A DNA stretch of 64,000 bases from assembly GCF_009914755.1 (NCBI RefSeq), contig NC_060935.1; one strand, given 5' to 3'. The position numbers and the translations under genes were made by a program. How positions within the stretch are numbered: the stretch's first letter is position 1; each line of letters begins with the position of its first letter. This DNA is from the human T2T-CHM13v2.0 reference genome, Homo sapiens. The notes beneath the pieces are model-generated. The model was not told the DNA's origin and did not search any database. It saw nothing but the letters and a program-made list of their open reading frames with translations. Of this stretch, positions 1 to 22,214 are shown piece by piece.

Positions 1-199
1 CTCCTGAGTAGCTGGGACTATGGGCACCCGCCACCACGCCCAGCTAGTGTTTTGTATTTTTAGTAGAGACGGGGTTTCACGATGTTAGCCAGGATGGTCT
101 CGGTCTCCTGACCTCGTGATCTGCCTGCCTCAACCTCCCAAAGTGCTGGGATTACAGGCGTGAGCCACCGCACCCGGCTGTTAAGGAAATTTAACAGTA

Positions 200-600
200 A
201 TTTAGGAAATTAAACATTGATAAACAGTACTTTTGTCAATTATATAGTACACATTTAAATTTTGTCAGTTGTACCAATGATGTCTTTATAGCTGTGTTTA
301 CCCCTTTTCCAGAGTCCAGTCTAGGATCACACTTTGTGCCTCATCCTGTCTCCTTACTCTCCTTTAATCTGAGAATTAAGATTAAAAGAAGTAAGTTCCT
401 CAGCCTTTCTCTTTCACACCACTGACATTTTTGAAGACTATAGGCCAGTTGTTTTGTAGAATATTTCTCAATCTGGGTTGGTCTGGTGTTTTCTGATTAG
501 ATGCAGGTTACATGTTTTGGGCGGGAATACCATAGAAGTGATGTTGTGTCTTTCTCAGTGCATGCACTATGTCTGGAGGCATATGGTATCTGTTTGTTCT
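200..600 (-). mobile_element. Old L1 (L1MC/ME-type) 3' fragment
   Basis: gacatttttgaag...ggccagttgttttgtagaat...tctcagtgcat, typical of an old L1 3' UTR. Confidence 0.6.
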
Positions 601-1169
601 ACTACTGATGACGTCGGCCCTCTAAGCCTTCTGTGTTGAAACTGTTCCTTGTAGTTATATGAATTCTAACATGTATATGCTTGAACTCTGACTATAGGAA
701 TTCTCCTACTTACAGGAATTCACTCTTAAGTAGGCAGTATTCTATTAAGTTCTTCTGTTCAATCTCTTAGTTCATCAAGTGAGCCTGAGTTCCCTCCCAA
801 TTCTTTCTCTCCTTTGCAGCATCACTATCTGGGACTCTCGGGTTCCCATCAGGAGTCATAATACCTTCTCTTTCTCCTAGTAAGTTGCATCCCTTAGCCA
901 GACTCTTTGAACCAGTGATTACTTCTTATATACAATCAGCATATTTTTAGTGTTTTATTGAATCAAGTTAAGGTTCTTTGGCTCTAGGAAGGTTAGTCTT
1001 CAAAGAAATGGTTTCAGAAGAGAGCTGTATAGCTGAATGTGGGGAAGAACTAGGTACCCTCAAGACAACTTGAATCACACCCAGTTCATTTTATCGCAAA
1101 TAAGTCTTTTCCGCTAACCTTATTTGAATTACTGCATGTCATTTACACTGTCTTAGCCTCTTTATTCCT

Positions 1170-1310
1170 TAAACTCTAGGAGGTAGATTTCATTTTCTTC
1201 ATTTTTCAGATGTGAGGAAATGGAGGCTTGGAAAGGTTAAAGTAATATAGTGAGAAATTACCAGGACTTAAACTCATGTCTCTCCAACTCCAAAGCCCTT
1301 GCTCTTTTTT
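1170..1310 (-). mobile_element. MIR SINE
   Basis: catttttcagatgtgaggaaatggaggcttggaaaggttaa. Confidence 0.7.
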
Positions 1311-1899
1311 GAGAGCAGAGAGTGGCTGGGAGGAAAGTCCTCTAGCTATTCATGGTGAAATTAGCCTTCATAGACAGAAATACAAAAGGTAATGGCAGCC
1401 ACGTGCAGAGGCTTATGCCTGTAATCCCAGCACTTTGGGATGCCGAGGCGGGCAGATCACTAGAGGTCAGGAGTTCGAGACCAGCCTGGCCAATATGGTG
1501 AAACCCTGACTGTGTCTCAAAAAAAAAAATAAAAGTAATGTCACTGCTAGATTGGAGGTGATTGCCGGCACCTGCCACTCAGAGAGTTGGAGGTGTCTTT
1601 AAACCAGGACCATCCTGGGCAACTAGATCTTACAGTTGGGGACTTACAAACTGGGAAAATCGAAATACTTCTACTTAAACTCATTTCCTGACATAATTAT
1701 TAATAGTGCCCCACTCACTTTTTTTTTTTTTTTTAAACAGTCTCATTCTGTCACCCAGGCTGGAGTGCAGTGGCACGATGTTGGCTCACTGCAACCTCCG
1801 CCTCCCAGGTTCAAGTGATTTCTCGTGCCTCAGCCTCCCGAGTAGCTGAGATTACAAGTGTGCACCACCATGCCCAGGTATTTTTTGTATTTTTAGTAG

Positions 1900-2430
<531 letters not shown>

Positions 2431-3356
2431 TGAAGCCAGGAGTTCGAGACTAGCCTGGCAGCATATTGAGACCCTGTCTCTACAAAAAAGAAAAAAGTAC
2501 CTGGACATGGTGGCACATACCTGTAGTCCTAGCTACTCAGAGGCTGAGGTAGGAGGCTTGCTTGAACCCAGGAGTTAAAGGCTGCAGTGAGTAATGATAG
2601 TGCCACTGCTCTCCAGCCCAGGTGACAGAGTGAGACGCTGTCTCAAAAAAGGGAGGAGGTAGTATTGTGGCTTGGATAATTATATGGTCCCCTATACATA
2701 ATCCTTCCTGAATTCTTTTCAGATTAACATTGAGACTGGTGTTTCTTTATAACTAGCACTAATAGTGCTTGGTCTATTTTTATTTACCACTTTCTTTGCC
2801 CCTGCCCCAATTTATACACTGGGGCAAAATTAGCTTTGGTTTTATAGTCTGTTCACCTAACTAATTTATAGGCCTGGTTTGCATAATTTAGTTAACAGCA
2901 AGATTTTGCCACACCTGCTTTATCATCCTTTCTGCCAAACTATTTAAGGTAAATGGCACTTTACCCCGGTGTATTTCCATAGCTGAAATAAGCTCTTAAA
3001 TTTTTATAATCCTATCCTGAAACCTAATCGGTGTAGCAGAAGAACGTTTTGCCTCGTGAGTTATCACCCCTGACATAATTTGATTTTCATTTATAAGATT
3101 CTCTTAGAACCAAGTACAGTGGCACACACCTGTAGTCTGGCTACTCAGGAAGTGAAGGCAGGAGGATCACTTGAGCCAAGAGTTCCAGGCCAGCCTGGGC
3201 AACATAGTGAGACCCCATCTCTTTAAAAAAACAAAACCAGATTATCTTAAAGTGGGGCATACCTGTATTTGTGTGCTAATGTGAGGCTCCACAGGTATGC
3301 AAGACATAGTAGCTGTGGATGTTTCTTATAACTTATATTCCCTTTTCTTTTGTCAG

Positions 3357-3564
3357 TGCACGATCTGATTTTCTGGAGAGATGTGAAGAAGACTGGGTTT
3401 GTCTTTGGCACCACGCTGATCATGCTGCTTTCCCTGGCAGCTTTCAGTGTCATCAGTGTGGTTTCTTACCTCATCCTGGCTCTTCTCTCTGTCACCATCA
3501 GCTTCAGGATCTACAAGTCCGTCATCCAAGCTGTACAGAAGTCAGAAGAAGGCCATCCATTCAA
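3357..3564 (+). CDS. RTN3: Reticulon-3, first reticulon-homology-domain exon (208 nt)
   Basis: Encodes [70 protein letters not shown]. Pyrimidine tract plus cag acceptor; AA|gtgagt donor. Confidence 0.97.
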
Positions 3565-3838
3565 GTGAGTTGAAGTCTTAAAAGCAACATTCTACATTTT
3601 AGTGGAAGGGTTCACTGAAGCTGATAGGTCTAAAACTCAGACCTGACTAAAAATCAAGAATTATGGGGCCTAATGCAGCTGATTGGTGGCATGAAGCATC
3701 CCCTAGAGACCTTGAAATCACCTTAAGAAGTGGCCAAGTTAGAAGCCAAGAACTTTTTGACAAATTAGAGGCTCATACTTGAAGTTCAAAGAGGGAGTCC
3801 TTCAAAGAAGACTCTAAATTCTTTTTTTTTTTTTTTGA

Positions 3839-3946
<108 letters not shown>

Positions 3947-4047
3947 TAGCTGGGATTACAGGCATGCGCCACTATGCCCAGCTAATTTTGTATTTTTACT
4001 AGATACGGGGTTTCTCTATGTTGGTCAGGCTGGTCTCAAACTTCTGA

Positions 4048-4278
<231 letters not shown>

Positions 4279-5162
4279 TAGTAGAGACAAGGTTTCACCA
4301 TGTTCGGCAGGATGGTCTCGAACTCCTGACCTTGTGATCCACCCGCCTCTGCCTCCCAAAGTGCTGGGATTACAGGCGTGAGCCACCGCTCCCGACCATA
4401 ATGTTTGTATTTTTAGTAGAGACAGGGTTTTACCATATTGGTCAGGCTGGTCTTGAACTCCTGACCTCGTGATCCACCCGCCTCGGCCTCCCAAATCATG
4501 CATGGGATTACTATGCATGAGCCACCGTGCCCGGCAACTCTAAATTCTTGAGCAGGGCAGGGAAAGCAGAGCACCTAGAGCAGCGCTCGGTTAGATGGGG
4601 TTCCAAGTGCATGTTTAATCCCCCACATAGGTAAGACTTGACATGACTTTCAAACCTTGTTGTGTCTGTGCTTTGGTAATACCAGAACTCAGTGTTTTCA
4701 TTCTTGGTTTATTACTGATTTCCTCCGTATCTCTTACTAGTTTTCTTAACGCTGGAGGTCTTAATGAAGTCAGTAATCTTCTGACTACATTTCTAGTATA
4801 CAATTTCTAGCTTTTTTGATTGTGCTGTAACTTTAACTAATGTTTTCTTCACACTTTCCTCTTGAAAATCTTACCCCATAAACAATGTTGACTTTAACGT
4901 GAGCAAATGACAGTTTTTTGAAGGCTCTTTTTTCATAGAGAAGGAGACCCTGCTGTGACCTCTCAGGACTACAACAGAATAGGTTTCTGGCCACACCTGT
5001 GCTCCTTGTATTTTCTCTTGGTGGAAATAGAAGGAATAACTTACAACTTTATGTGGCATTAAAAATTTTATTGCAGTTCAGGTGCGGTGACTTACGCATG
5101 TAGTCTCAGCACTTTGGGAAGCTGAGGCAGGCAGATCGCTTGAGGTCAGGAGTTCAAGACTA

Positions 5163-5369
<207 letters not shown>

Positions 5370-5645
5370 CTAAAAAAAACCCCCAGTACCCTGTTTTTAT
5401 GTGTTCTGGGCTGTTAATTACAAATACAAATGTGGTTTTCCAAAATGTTTTTTTTAAAAAACAAAAACAGCAAAATTTTAGCATAAACAAAATATAGTTT
5501 TAGAAACTCCAGGATATGTTAATGTTAAAACTGCTAAAAAAAAAAAAAAAAGTACCTTGTTTTTATGTGTTCTGGGCTCTTATTTATAAATGGATTTACC
5601 TTCATGAATATCCAATGAGGTAGTAAAAGTGACACAGAACATAGG

Positions 5646-5815
5646 TCAGTTCTTTACTGTGCTTGACTGTCCCATGCTTTGCAGACATCTGGCATATTTG
5701 CCTCTGCCCACTAAATGACAGTGTGTCTCCACCCCACCTGATGACAACAAAAAAATGCTCCTACAGGTTCTAACATGCACCCTGGGAACCAATTTTACAT
5801 TCTCAGTAACTACTG
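5646..5815. mobile_element. MER20-like hAT MITE fragment
   Basis: gactgtcccatgc...ctctgcccactaaatgacagt...gacaacaaaaaaatgctcc. Confidence 0.6.
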
Positions 5816-5872
5816 TGCTAACAAAATCTTCTTCCATGTCAAATGTATGACTGTTATTTCTTCTTCTGGAAG

Positions 5873-6011
5873 AGCCTACCTGGACGTAGACATTACTCTG
5901 TCCTCAGAAGCTTTCCATAATTACATGAATGCTGCCATGGTGCACATCAACAGGGCCCTGAAACTCATTATTCGTCTCTTTCTGGTAGAAGATCTGGTTG
6001 ACTCCTTGAAG
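5873..6011 (+). CDS. RTN3: Reticulon-3 RHD exon (139 nt)
   Basis: Encodes [46 protein letters not shown]. aag acceptor and gttagt donor; phase matches the previous exon. Confidence 0.96.
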
Positions 6012-6434
6012 GTTAGTTGTTTCTGCAGCTCTTGGTGGTAAAACAGAAAAAGCAGGGACTGGGTTATAATTTGGAGGAAAAACAGTACATAGGATTTTAT
6101 CAGACAAAAATGAACGTATGCTTAGCTCAGTCATTCTATAATGGGATAGGTGTCACTAGAGAAAGGTATAGCCTTCTGCTGGGGAACAAATATCAGAAGA
6201 GAGGTGATATAATTGGAAGCAGTGCAGTTTCAGTCTTTGGACCTCAGAAAACTACAGACTTCACTCACATACCTTCAAATGTATAACACAAGTAGGGAAC
6301 CTTCATTTGGAAATTGTCCATGTCACACATCACTAAATTTATGCAGACTTAATTAGCTGGAGGAGAATGACATCAGTTAATGTGAATTTTGCCTTACGGT
6401 TATTCCTGCTTAACTTTTGATATGGCCTTCACAG

Positions 6435-6504
6435 CTGGCTGTCTTCATGTGGCTGATGACCTATGTTGGTGCTGTTTTTAACGGAATCACCCTTCTAATT
6501 CTTG
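6435..6504 (+). CDS. RTN3: Reticulon-3 RHD exon (70 nt)
   Basis: cag|CTG GCT GTC TTC ATG TGG... encodes [23 protein letters not shown]; G|gtaagg donor. Confidence 0.96.
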
Positions 6505-7027
6505 GTAAGGTGGCAAGGAGAATGTGCCCATGCTCTTTGAAGTAGTTTGTAAGAATAAGAGTGAAGAGAAAGCCCAGCATGGCTCTACTCATTCTTCATT
6601 GCCCAGTCTTGACCCATAGAGACCTGGGAGTAGAGGCACTGGAGGAACCGGAGTTTGTGGTCACAGGTTTATGAAATGGTCTCAGTTATAAATTAAGAAA
6701 TATCAAAACAGCTGGAAGTAAAGGACAGTTGTCTAGATTTGGTTTACGTATGGGGATCTTATTTACAGAAACCATTTTGGTAATTTGGAAATTGTTATTT
6801 GTGGTACAAAGAAGGTAGCCTGTATACCTGAAGAGGTTTTTTTTGTTTTGTTTTAACACTACCTTAAATTAGCTGTCTTAATTGGGAGTGCTAACCAGGA
6901 TTTCTCATTTTGAGGAATGCCTGTGTTTTCCTGTATTTTTTGAGGAAAAATGTATATGTTACTCTGAGTCTTAAGATGTGACTGTCTCTCATATACACTT
7001 GCCATGTCCCATGATTCTGTCTTACAG

Positions 7028-7074
7028 CTGAACTGCTCATTTTCAGTGTCCCGATTGTCTATGAGAAGTACAAG
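7028..7074 (+). CDS. RTN3: Reticulon-3 RHD exon (47 nt)
   Basis: Encodes AELLIFSVPIVYEKYK; ttacag acceptor and AAG|gtaagc donor. Confidence 0.96.
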
Positions 7075-7297
7075 GTAAGCATTTATCTGTTCCAAATCAA
7101 ATGTGCCAGTTGATGTATGACTAGTTGTAGTTCATTTCTGAGACATTGAATGTTCAGAGCAGTCTTTTTATAACTATTTCTACAATCTAATTTTGTGAGT
7201 CAAGTGCCTATAAGAAACTGGTGGCAGTAGTTTCCTCCAAGGAGAGAAACTGGATATTTAGGAGAGAGATGACTAGGAAAGAGAAACTTCCTTTTTA

Positions 7298-11395
<4,098 letters not shown>

Positions 11396-11523
11396 CGGGA
11401 GAATGCATTTCACATTGCTTATGCAAGTCCAGGACTGTCCTCTAGCATCACAGTTAAAATAAAAACCTAGAGCAAATGCTAATGTTTTCACTTTCTTTCT
11501 TTTTCCCCTCCTTTTCTCAATAG

Positions 11524-11569
11524 GATCCAAGCAAAACTCCCTGGAATCGCCAAAAAAAAGGCAGAATAA
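11524..11569 (+). CDS. RTN3: Reticulon-3 last coding exon, ending KKKAE-stop (di-lysine ER retrieval motif)
   Basis: Long pyrimidine tract plus tag|G ATC CAA GCA AAA CTC CCT GGA ATC GCC AAA AAA AAG GCA GAA TAA. Confidence 0.96.
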
Positions 11570-12385
11570 GTACATGGAAACCAGAAATGCAACAGTTACT
11601 AAAACACCATTTAATAGTTATAACGTCGTTACTTGTACTATGAAGGAAAATACTCAGTGTCAGCTTGAGCCTGCATTCCAAGCTTTTTTTTTAATTTGGT
11701 GTTTTCTCCCATCCTTTCCCTTTAACCCTCAGTATCAAGCACAAAAATTGATGGACTGATAAAAGAACTATCTTAGAACTCAGAAGAAGAAAGAATCAAA
11801 TTCATAGGATAAGTCAATACCTTAATGGTGGTAGAGCCTTTACCTGTAGCTTGAAAGGGGAAAGATTGGAGGTAAGAGAGAAAATGAAAGAACACCTCTG
11901 GGTCCTTCTGTCCAGTTTTCAGCACTAGTCTTACTCAGCTATCCATTATAGTTTTGCCCTTAAGAAGTCATGATTAACTTATGAAAAAATTATTTGGGGA
12001 CAGGAGTGTGATACCTTCCTTGGTTTTTTTTTGCAGCCCTCAAATCCTATCTTCCTGCCCCACAATGTGAGCAGCTACCCCTGATACTCCTTTTCTTTAA
12101 TGATTTAACTATCAACTTGATAAATAACTTATAGGTGATAGTGATAATTCCTGATTCCAAGAATGCCATCTGATAAAAAAGAATAGAAATGGAAAGTGGG
12201 ACTGAGAGGGAGTCAGCAGGCATGCTGCGGTGGCGGTCACTCCCTCTGCCACTATCCCCAGGGAAGGAAAGGCTCCGCCATTTGGGAAAGTGGTTTCTAC
12301 GTCACTGGACACCGGTTCTGAGCATTAGTTTGAGAACTCGTTCCCGAATGTGCTTTCCTCCCTCTCCCCTGCCCACCTCAAGTTT

Positions 12386-12422
12386 AATAAATAAGGTTGT
12401 ACTTTTCTTACTATAAAATAAA
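12386..12422 (+). terminator. RTN3 proximal poly(A) signals (AATAAA at 12386-12391 and 12417-12422)
   Basis: Two canonical hexamers, with GT/T-rich sequence downstream. Confidence 0.6.
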
Positions 12423-13232
12423 TGTCTGTAACTGCTGTGCACTGCTGTAAACTTGTTAGAGAAAAAAATAACCTGCATGTGGGCTCCTCAGTTATTGAGT
12501 TTTTGTGATCCTATCTCAGTCTGGGGGGGAACATTCTCAAGAGGTGAAATACAGAAAGCCTTTTTTTCTTGATCTTTTCCCGAGATTCAAATCTCCGATT
12601 CCCATTTGGGGGCAAGTTTTTTTCTTCACCTTCAATATGAGAATTCAGCGAACTTGAAAGAAAAATCATCTGTGAGTTCCTTCAGGTTCTCACTCATAGT
12701 CATGATCCTTCAGAGGGAATATGCACTGGCGAGTTTAAAGTAAGGGCTATGATATTTGATGGTCCCAAAGTACGGCAGCTGCAAAAAGTAGTGGAAGGAA
12801 ATTGTCTACGTGTCTTGGAAAAATTAGTTAGGAATTTGGATGGGTAAAAGGTACCCTTGCCTTACTCCATCTTATTTTCTTAGCCCCCTTTGAGTGTTTT
12901 AACTGGTTTCATGTCCTAGTAGGAAGTGCATTCTCCATCCTCATCCTCTGCCCTCCCAGGAAGTCAGTGATTGTCTTTTTGGGCTTCCCCTCCAAAGGAC
13001 CTTCTGCAGTGGAAGTGCCACATCCAGTTCTTTTCTTTTGTTGCTGCTGTGTTTAGATAATTGAAGAGATCTTTGTGCCACACAGGATTTTTTTTTTTTT
13101 TAAGAAAAACCTATAGATGAAAAATTACTAATGAAACTGTGTGTACGTGTCTGTGCGTGCAACATAAAAATACAGTAGCACCTAAGGAGCTTGAATCTTG
13201 GTTCCTGTAAAATTTCAAATTGATGTGGTATT

Positions 13233-13238
13233 AATAAA
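13233..13238 (+). terminator. RTN3 distal poly(A) signal AATAAA
   Basis: Canonical hexamer at the end of the UTR, with upstream TGTA motifs. Confidence 0.75.
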
Positions 13239-13282
13239 AAAAAAAAAAACACAAACAATGACTGTGGCATCATTCTGCTAAC

Positions 13283-13288
13283 TTTATT
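13283..13288 (-). terminator. ZFTA distal poly(A) signal (AATAAA on the - strand)
   Basis: TTTATT on +. On - it is preceded by TGTA and followed by a GT/T-rich tract (the complement of aaaaacacaaacaa). Confidence 0.75.
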
Positions 13289-14091
13289 CTTTATACACAG
13301 TTTGGGTAAAGTAAGAACCAAACACTGCTTCCACTCCCCCTATCCTCACTCCACTTTGGGGACTTTAAAAAGTGACTAATAGTTGGTACTCGTAAGGATT
13401 CCCAAGACTGCAGAATTTAGTTGTACAGCATAACTGTGCATTTGATCTCTGAAAGAAAATAAGAGACCCTCTAAGAGGTGGTGACCTTAGAAGAATGAGG
13501 AGGGGTCAGGGGGTCTTTTACCCCAGTTCAGCCTCACACCAGCCTGGGAGATTTTCCCACCTGCAACGCAAAGCAGCCTGTAAATTACATATAGCCACAA
13601 TACACTTAAATTGAGTCAATCACCGTGGAAAATGGGAACTAAATACATCATCAGGTCTTCATTGAAAGAACTTGAGTGGTCACCTGTGATTAGCTCTTCT
13701 CCTAAACTAAGGCTGCTGTGACCCTTAAGCTGGCTTTTAAAAATGTATTCAACATACCTCTTAGAAAACTTAGGCTGAAATATTTTTTAAATGACTGATG
13801 CAAACAATTTCACAAATACGCATACAAATGTTTGAATAATGTCACTAAGTAACATGGTATATAAATATGTATTCAGAGTAACATTTACATATTGGCCATA
13901 ATAGCAAGCATACCATTAACAACAACAACAAAAAAAATCATGAAGAGACTTCACCTGTTCATGTCAGAATCCCAAGGCAAGGAGGCACACCTAGGCAAGA
14001 GGGCCAACTCAACTTGCAACGTCTAACCTGTGAGGCCATAACTTCCATCAAAGCAGGAATCAATGGAATCACTACCGCAGCCCTTCCCTTT

Positions 14092-14267
14092 CACTGGTGC
14101 CCGGCACTTCAGCTGCATCAAGATCAATGGAGGGCTCATGAAAACACTGCTAGGCCCCAACCAAGTTTCTGATTCAGTAACCCTGGGGTATGGCCCAAGA
14201 ATTTTTATTTCTAGCAGATTCCTAAGGTGATGCTGCTGGTCTCAGGGACACACTTTGAGAGCCACTG
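14092..14267 (+). mobile_element. MER5A (hAT-Charlie MITE) in the ZFTA 3' UTR
   Basis: gtttctgattcagta...tgatgctgctggtc...cacactttgagagccactg resembles the MER5A consensus. Confidence 0.8.
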
Positions 14268-14911
14268 GTGTGTTTGGGGCTGTCTCAGTAAAGATGTCCA
14301 CTCTCCTGAGGCCTCTCTCTGCCTACGGAGGGGGGGGAATCTAACCCCTCTGCCCTGGCTTATCCGAACTTTGGCAGTGGGCTTGAGTGATTATAAATTG
14401 GTTCCCCCAATTTGCCTACTGTTTTTGAATGGGCAGAGTAAAAAAAGTGGTGTTAATACTCTGGATCCGAAAAAATGCATGAAGGAAAGTAAAAGAATGG
14501 CAGTGCCCAGCCTGGTGCCATCCATAATCTCCGTTCTCAAGCTTTTAATACTGTCTCAAAAACCGTGGAGGTTCAAACTCACTGGGAATTTACTTTTCAG
14601 TCAATTGACAACCCATTCAGGATCTTCCTGAATCCCTGGTGGCCTCCACAACAAAAAGCACAAAGCCCCCTGCCGAGGCAGCCTTGGGCCCTGCGGCAGC
14701 CGCCCCACCTCTGGAGTTCTGCTGGGGAGGGGAAGGACGATTGGATGGCGCCTTCCAGCTGAGGCCCTGCAGAGCTCAGTGTGCTCATCCCAAGGCAGTG
14801 TGCAGGGCTTTGCCACCTTCAGGAGTCACAGATCCACCGTGGTGGCCTGCATTGCCCAGCATGTCAATCCTTCGGCAGGCCTGACAAATTTTAATAACTG
14901 ACCAGCGAATT

Positions 14912-15095
14912 GGGAAGCAGTGTGGCATCGTGCAAAGAACACTGAGTCAGGAGCTAGGATTTTCATTCTAGTTCTTGTACTGTCCCTACCTGGCTGTGTG
15001 ATCATCTCGGTTCCTGGGCTCCAATTTACCTATCTGTGAAGGTGAGGAGGGTAGTACTAGTGATCTCCAGGGCCCTTTCCAATTCTGACAATCCT
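14912..15095 (+). mobile_element. MIR SINE in the ZFTA 3' UTR
   Basis: gcagtgtggc...gagtcagga...ctgtgtga...tatctgtgaa core. Confidence 0.7.
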
Positions 15096-15749
15096 CAATT
15101 ATATAAAAATGCTATAAAATCCGTGGTATAAAATCCAACTCCCAAACAGGAAGCGTCAAGGGGACTGGGCCTGAGGCACTTGAACCTTAGGCTCTGGCCT
15201 GGGGGTCAGGGATGAGAGGAGGGGCCTCCTCTTTGCCCTCTGCTTTCCCACTCCTGGGCTCTGGCCTGGGGGTCCGGAATAAGAGGGGCCTCCTCTTTGC
15301 TCTCTGCCTTTCCACCCCGAGGCAGGGGCTGGACCACGCTGCCCAGGCATCTCTTCCTCCAGACCCAACCCTCAAGTTCCACCCACTAGCCTCCCCGCCC
15401 CGGCTTTAGGACCGCGGGAACTGTTCCTGCAGCAGCCTGGCTTTGTGAAGAGCAGACAGTAGGGCCCGGAGTCTCCCAGCGGGATTAACATCAGCACAGC
15501 TAGTTGGGGTCCTCCCGTCCCCGCCTCTGCCCTCGCTCCTCCTTCCTTCAGGTCCTCCCTCCACCACCTCACAGCTTATCTCTGATACACGCATAATAAA
15601 TAAGACATTTGCACATAAGGGTGACTGGGTCAGCTCTGTCCCCGCCCCTCCCCCTTTCATATAAAAGCATTAAATACAGTTTCAAAATAAAATACAAAGA
15701 GCAAAAAAGGGCCTGATCTCGGGGCCACCTGTTCTCCACAGGAGAATGA

Positions 15750-18766
<3,017 letters not shown>

Positions 18767-18826
18767 CTAAACCCTCCTCTGCTAGCATTTCAAGCACCAC
18801 CCACACCTCCCCCAGACTGGAATCTA

Positions 18827-19699
<873 letters not shown>

Positions 19700-20749
19700 T
19701 CAATCTCTGATTTCCAGGGAAAGAGGCGAGGGCTTTGATGGTGAGCCCTGAGAAAGGGAGCTGGGGGAGGGGGTGTTCCGGGGCAGGAAAGGGACGGCAA
19801 CAGCAATAAAAGGGATGGTAGAAGTGGGAGCCAAAACATTAGCCCTTTACAAAGGGCAAGGACCCTTTAAGAGGAGATCAAGAACAAAAGGACGCAGGGC
19901 ACTGTGGAAATAGCTCTGACTTTTTAAAAAATAAGGTGAGGGCCAAGGAGCCAACCAGCTCTGTAAGGTGCCCTTTCTGGACAAGAGCCGTAGGGAGAAA
20001 GCCAGGAGAGCAGCAGGCCAGGGCGGTTCCAGCTGGAGCAGAGCAGGCAGTGGGGCCAGACAAACAAAGGGGGCATCTGTCTACAGCCAGGGCTGCACAC
20101 GGGACCCACCCACCTGGGGCCCCCGCCAGGAGGGCCCCACCCACAGGTCTTCTCCCTTTTTCCAGTAATGCTTCAAATATAGCTTCCTGAGACTCCCATT
20201 TTGGGGATGGGCTAGGCATTGTCAGTTCCCCAAATCTAGGCCCCCACATGGGAGGGATCCCCAAGACAAAGCTGCCAACATCTCCAGGGAAAGGAGTTTC
20301 TGAGACTGAAACTTCTCCAGATTCTGGAGGAGCCAATGACCCTGTAAAGGGATGGCAGGAGGGCCACCAGAGTGACAACTAATGACACTGCGGCAGGGAG
20401 TGGCCACCATCCACTGAAGCCCATTAAGTCTTTCTGGGGCTTTATTTGCTGCTCTGGCAGGGAGCCGGCCACTGCCCAGCAGTCAGAAGGGCGGGCACTG
20501 GAGAGGCCCCACTAACCCAATGGTGTTCCCTGTGCCAGACACCCACCCAGAGCAGTCCCCTACCCTCCCTACAGTTCCCACCCCTCTTGATTTAGAAAAA
20601 TGGTCTCCTGGGCACACAGGCAGGTTCTGGTCATTCTCCCAGTGGAGAATCACAGGGTTGGGAAAACAAAAGACAGGATCAGAAAGGGCTCCTGTCACCC
20701 TTGTGGAAGTTTTTTTGTTTTAGTTTTTATTTAAGTAGATCCATAGAAT

Positions 20750-20910
20750 CCACTGGCTTCGGAGTCATAGGCCTGGGTTCAAGTCCTGGCTTCACTGGTA
20801 ACTTGCTCTGTGACCTTTGATAGGTCATGTCCGCACTCTGGGCCTGAGCTTCTTTGTCTGCAACGACACTGGCTAGCTGGCTGGTCTCTAAGCATCCTTC
20901 CAGCGCTGGA
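20750..20910 (+). mobile_element. MIR SINE in ZFTA intron 1
   Basis: ggagtcataggcctgggttcaagtcctggct...ctgtgacctt. Confidence 0.7.
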
Positions 20911-21629
20911 TCCAGGCTAGTCTAAGGTGGATTGGCCCTTTAAGAGCCGAAAAAGGGGGAGGAGCCGAGGTTCTTTAAAAACAAAAGGGGATGGGGCGTT
21001 TCTGGGAGGGGAGAGACCGGGAGGGGAGCCTGGAGATTCGGGCAGAGTCTCCCTGGCCTGGAGGAAACCCTCAAGGGTCTTAAGGCGTGACCCTGCAGCC
21101 GGGAAATGAGTCAACAGTCTCCTTTGAGAGCGAACGAGGAGGACTGGTTGGTTCCGCTAGAGCTGACAAATTAGGGCAAAAAAAAATTCTGAAAAGAAGG
21201 GAAGGGAGAATGCACCGGCCGGAGGGGTGCCTGCCTTTGTGGGCGAACCCATCGCTTTAAAAACTGCCCGCGGTGGGAAAAGATGGTGTGGGCCCCCGGG
21301 GCGCAAGCGATGCACTTTCCTAGGGAGAATGTGGGAGAAAAGAAAAAGGGTGCATGTCTCTCACAAGGCCACGAGACGAGAGGAGCAGCCCGATTTAAAA
21401 CAGCAGAGTTCGGAGCTGAGCTCAGCTCCGCTGGGGAAAAGCCCCCGAAGGGGACCCAGGGTCTGGGCGGACTTTTGAGAGAAAGCCCGATTAGGGAGAC
21501 CACCTGGGAGTCTGAAAGAGAAAGGGGCGGGGGCCAAAGTCCAGCCTCGCTCCGTGGCGCCCTGCCCCGTGGGGCCCCTCGGGCCTGGCCCCCAAGGCGG
21601 GGCGCTGCGGGCGGCAGCGGGGCCCTTTA

Positions 21630-22214
<585 letters not shown>

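Larger units (their letters stand above)
11570..13260 (+). other. RTN3: RTN3 3' UTR (~1.7 kb; end approximate)
   Basis: Sequence without recognisable repeats after the stop, running to AATAAA at 13233. Confidence 0.85.

Noticed and set aside
11574-11759. 61-aa ORF starting 4 nt after the RTN3 stop
   Set aside because: No recognisable motif, no -3 purine and a length compatible with chance; it would need Ribo-seq support.
13236-13249. A-run after AATAAA as the tail of a processed pseudogene
   Set aside because: RTN3 here has introns with intact splice sites. The run is genomic, but it may cause internal oligo-dT priming.
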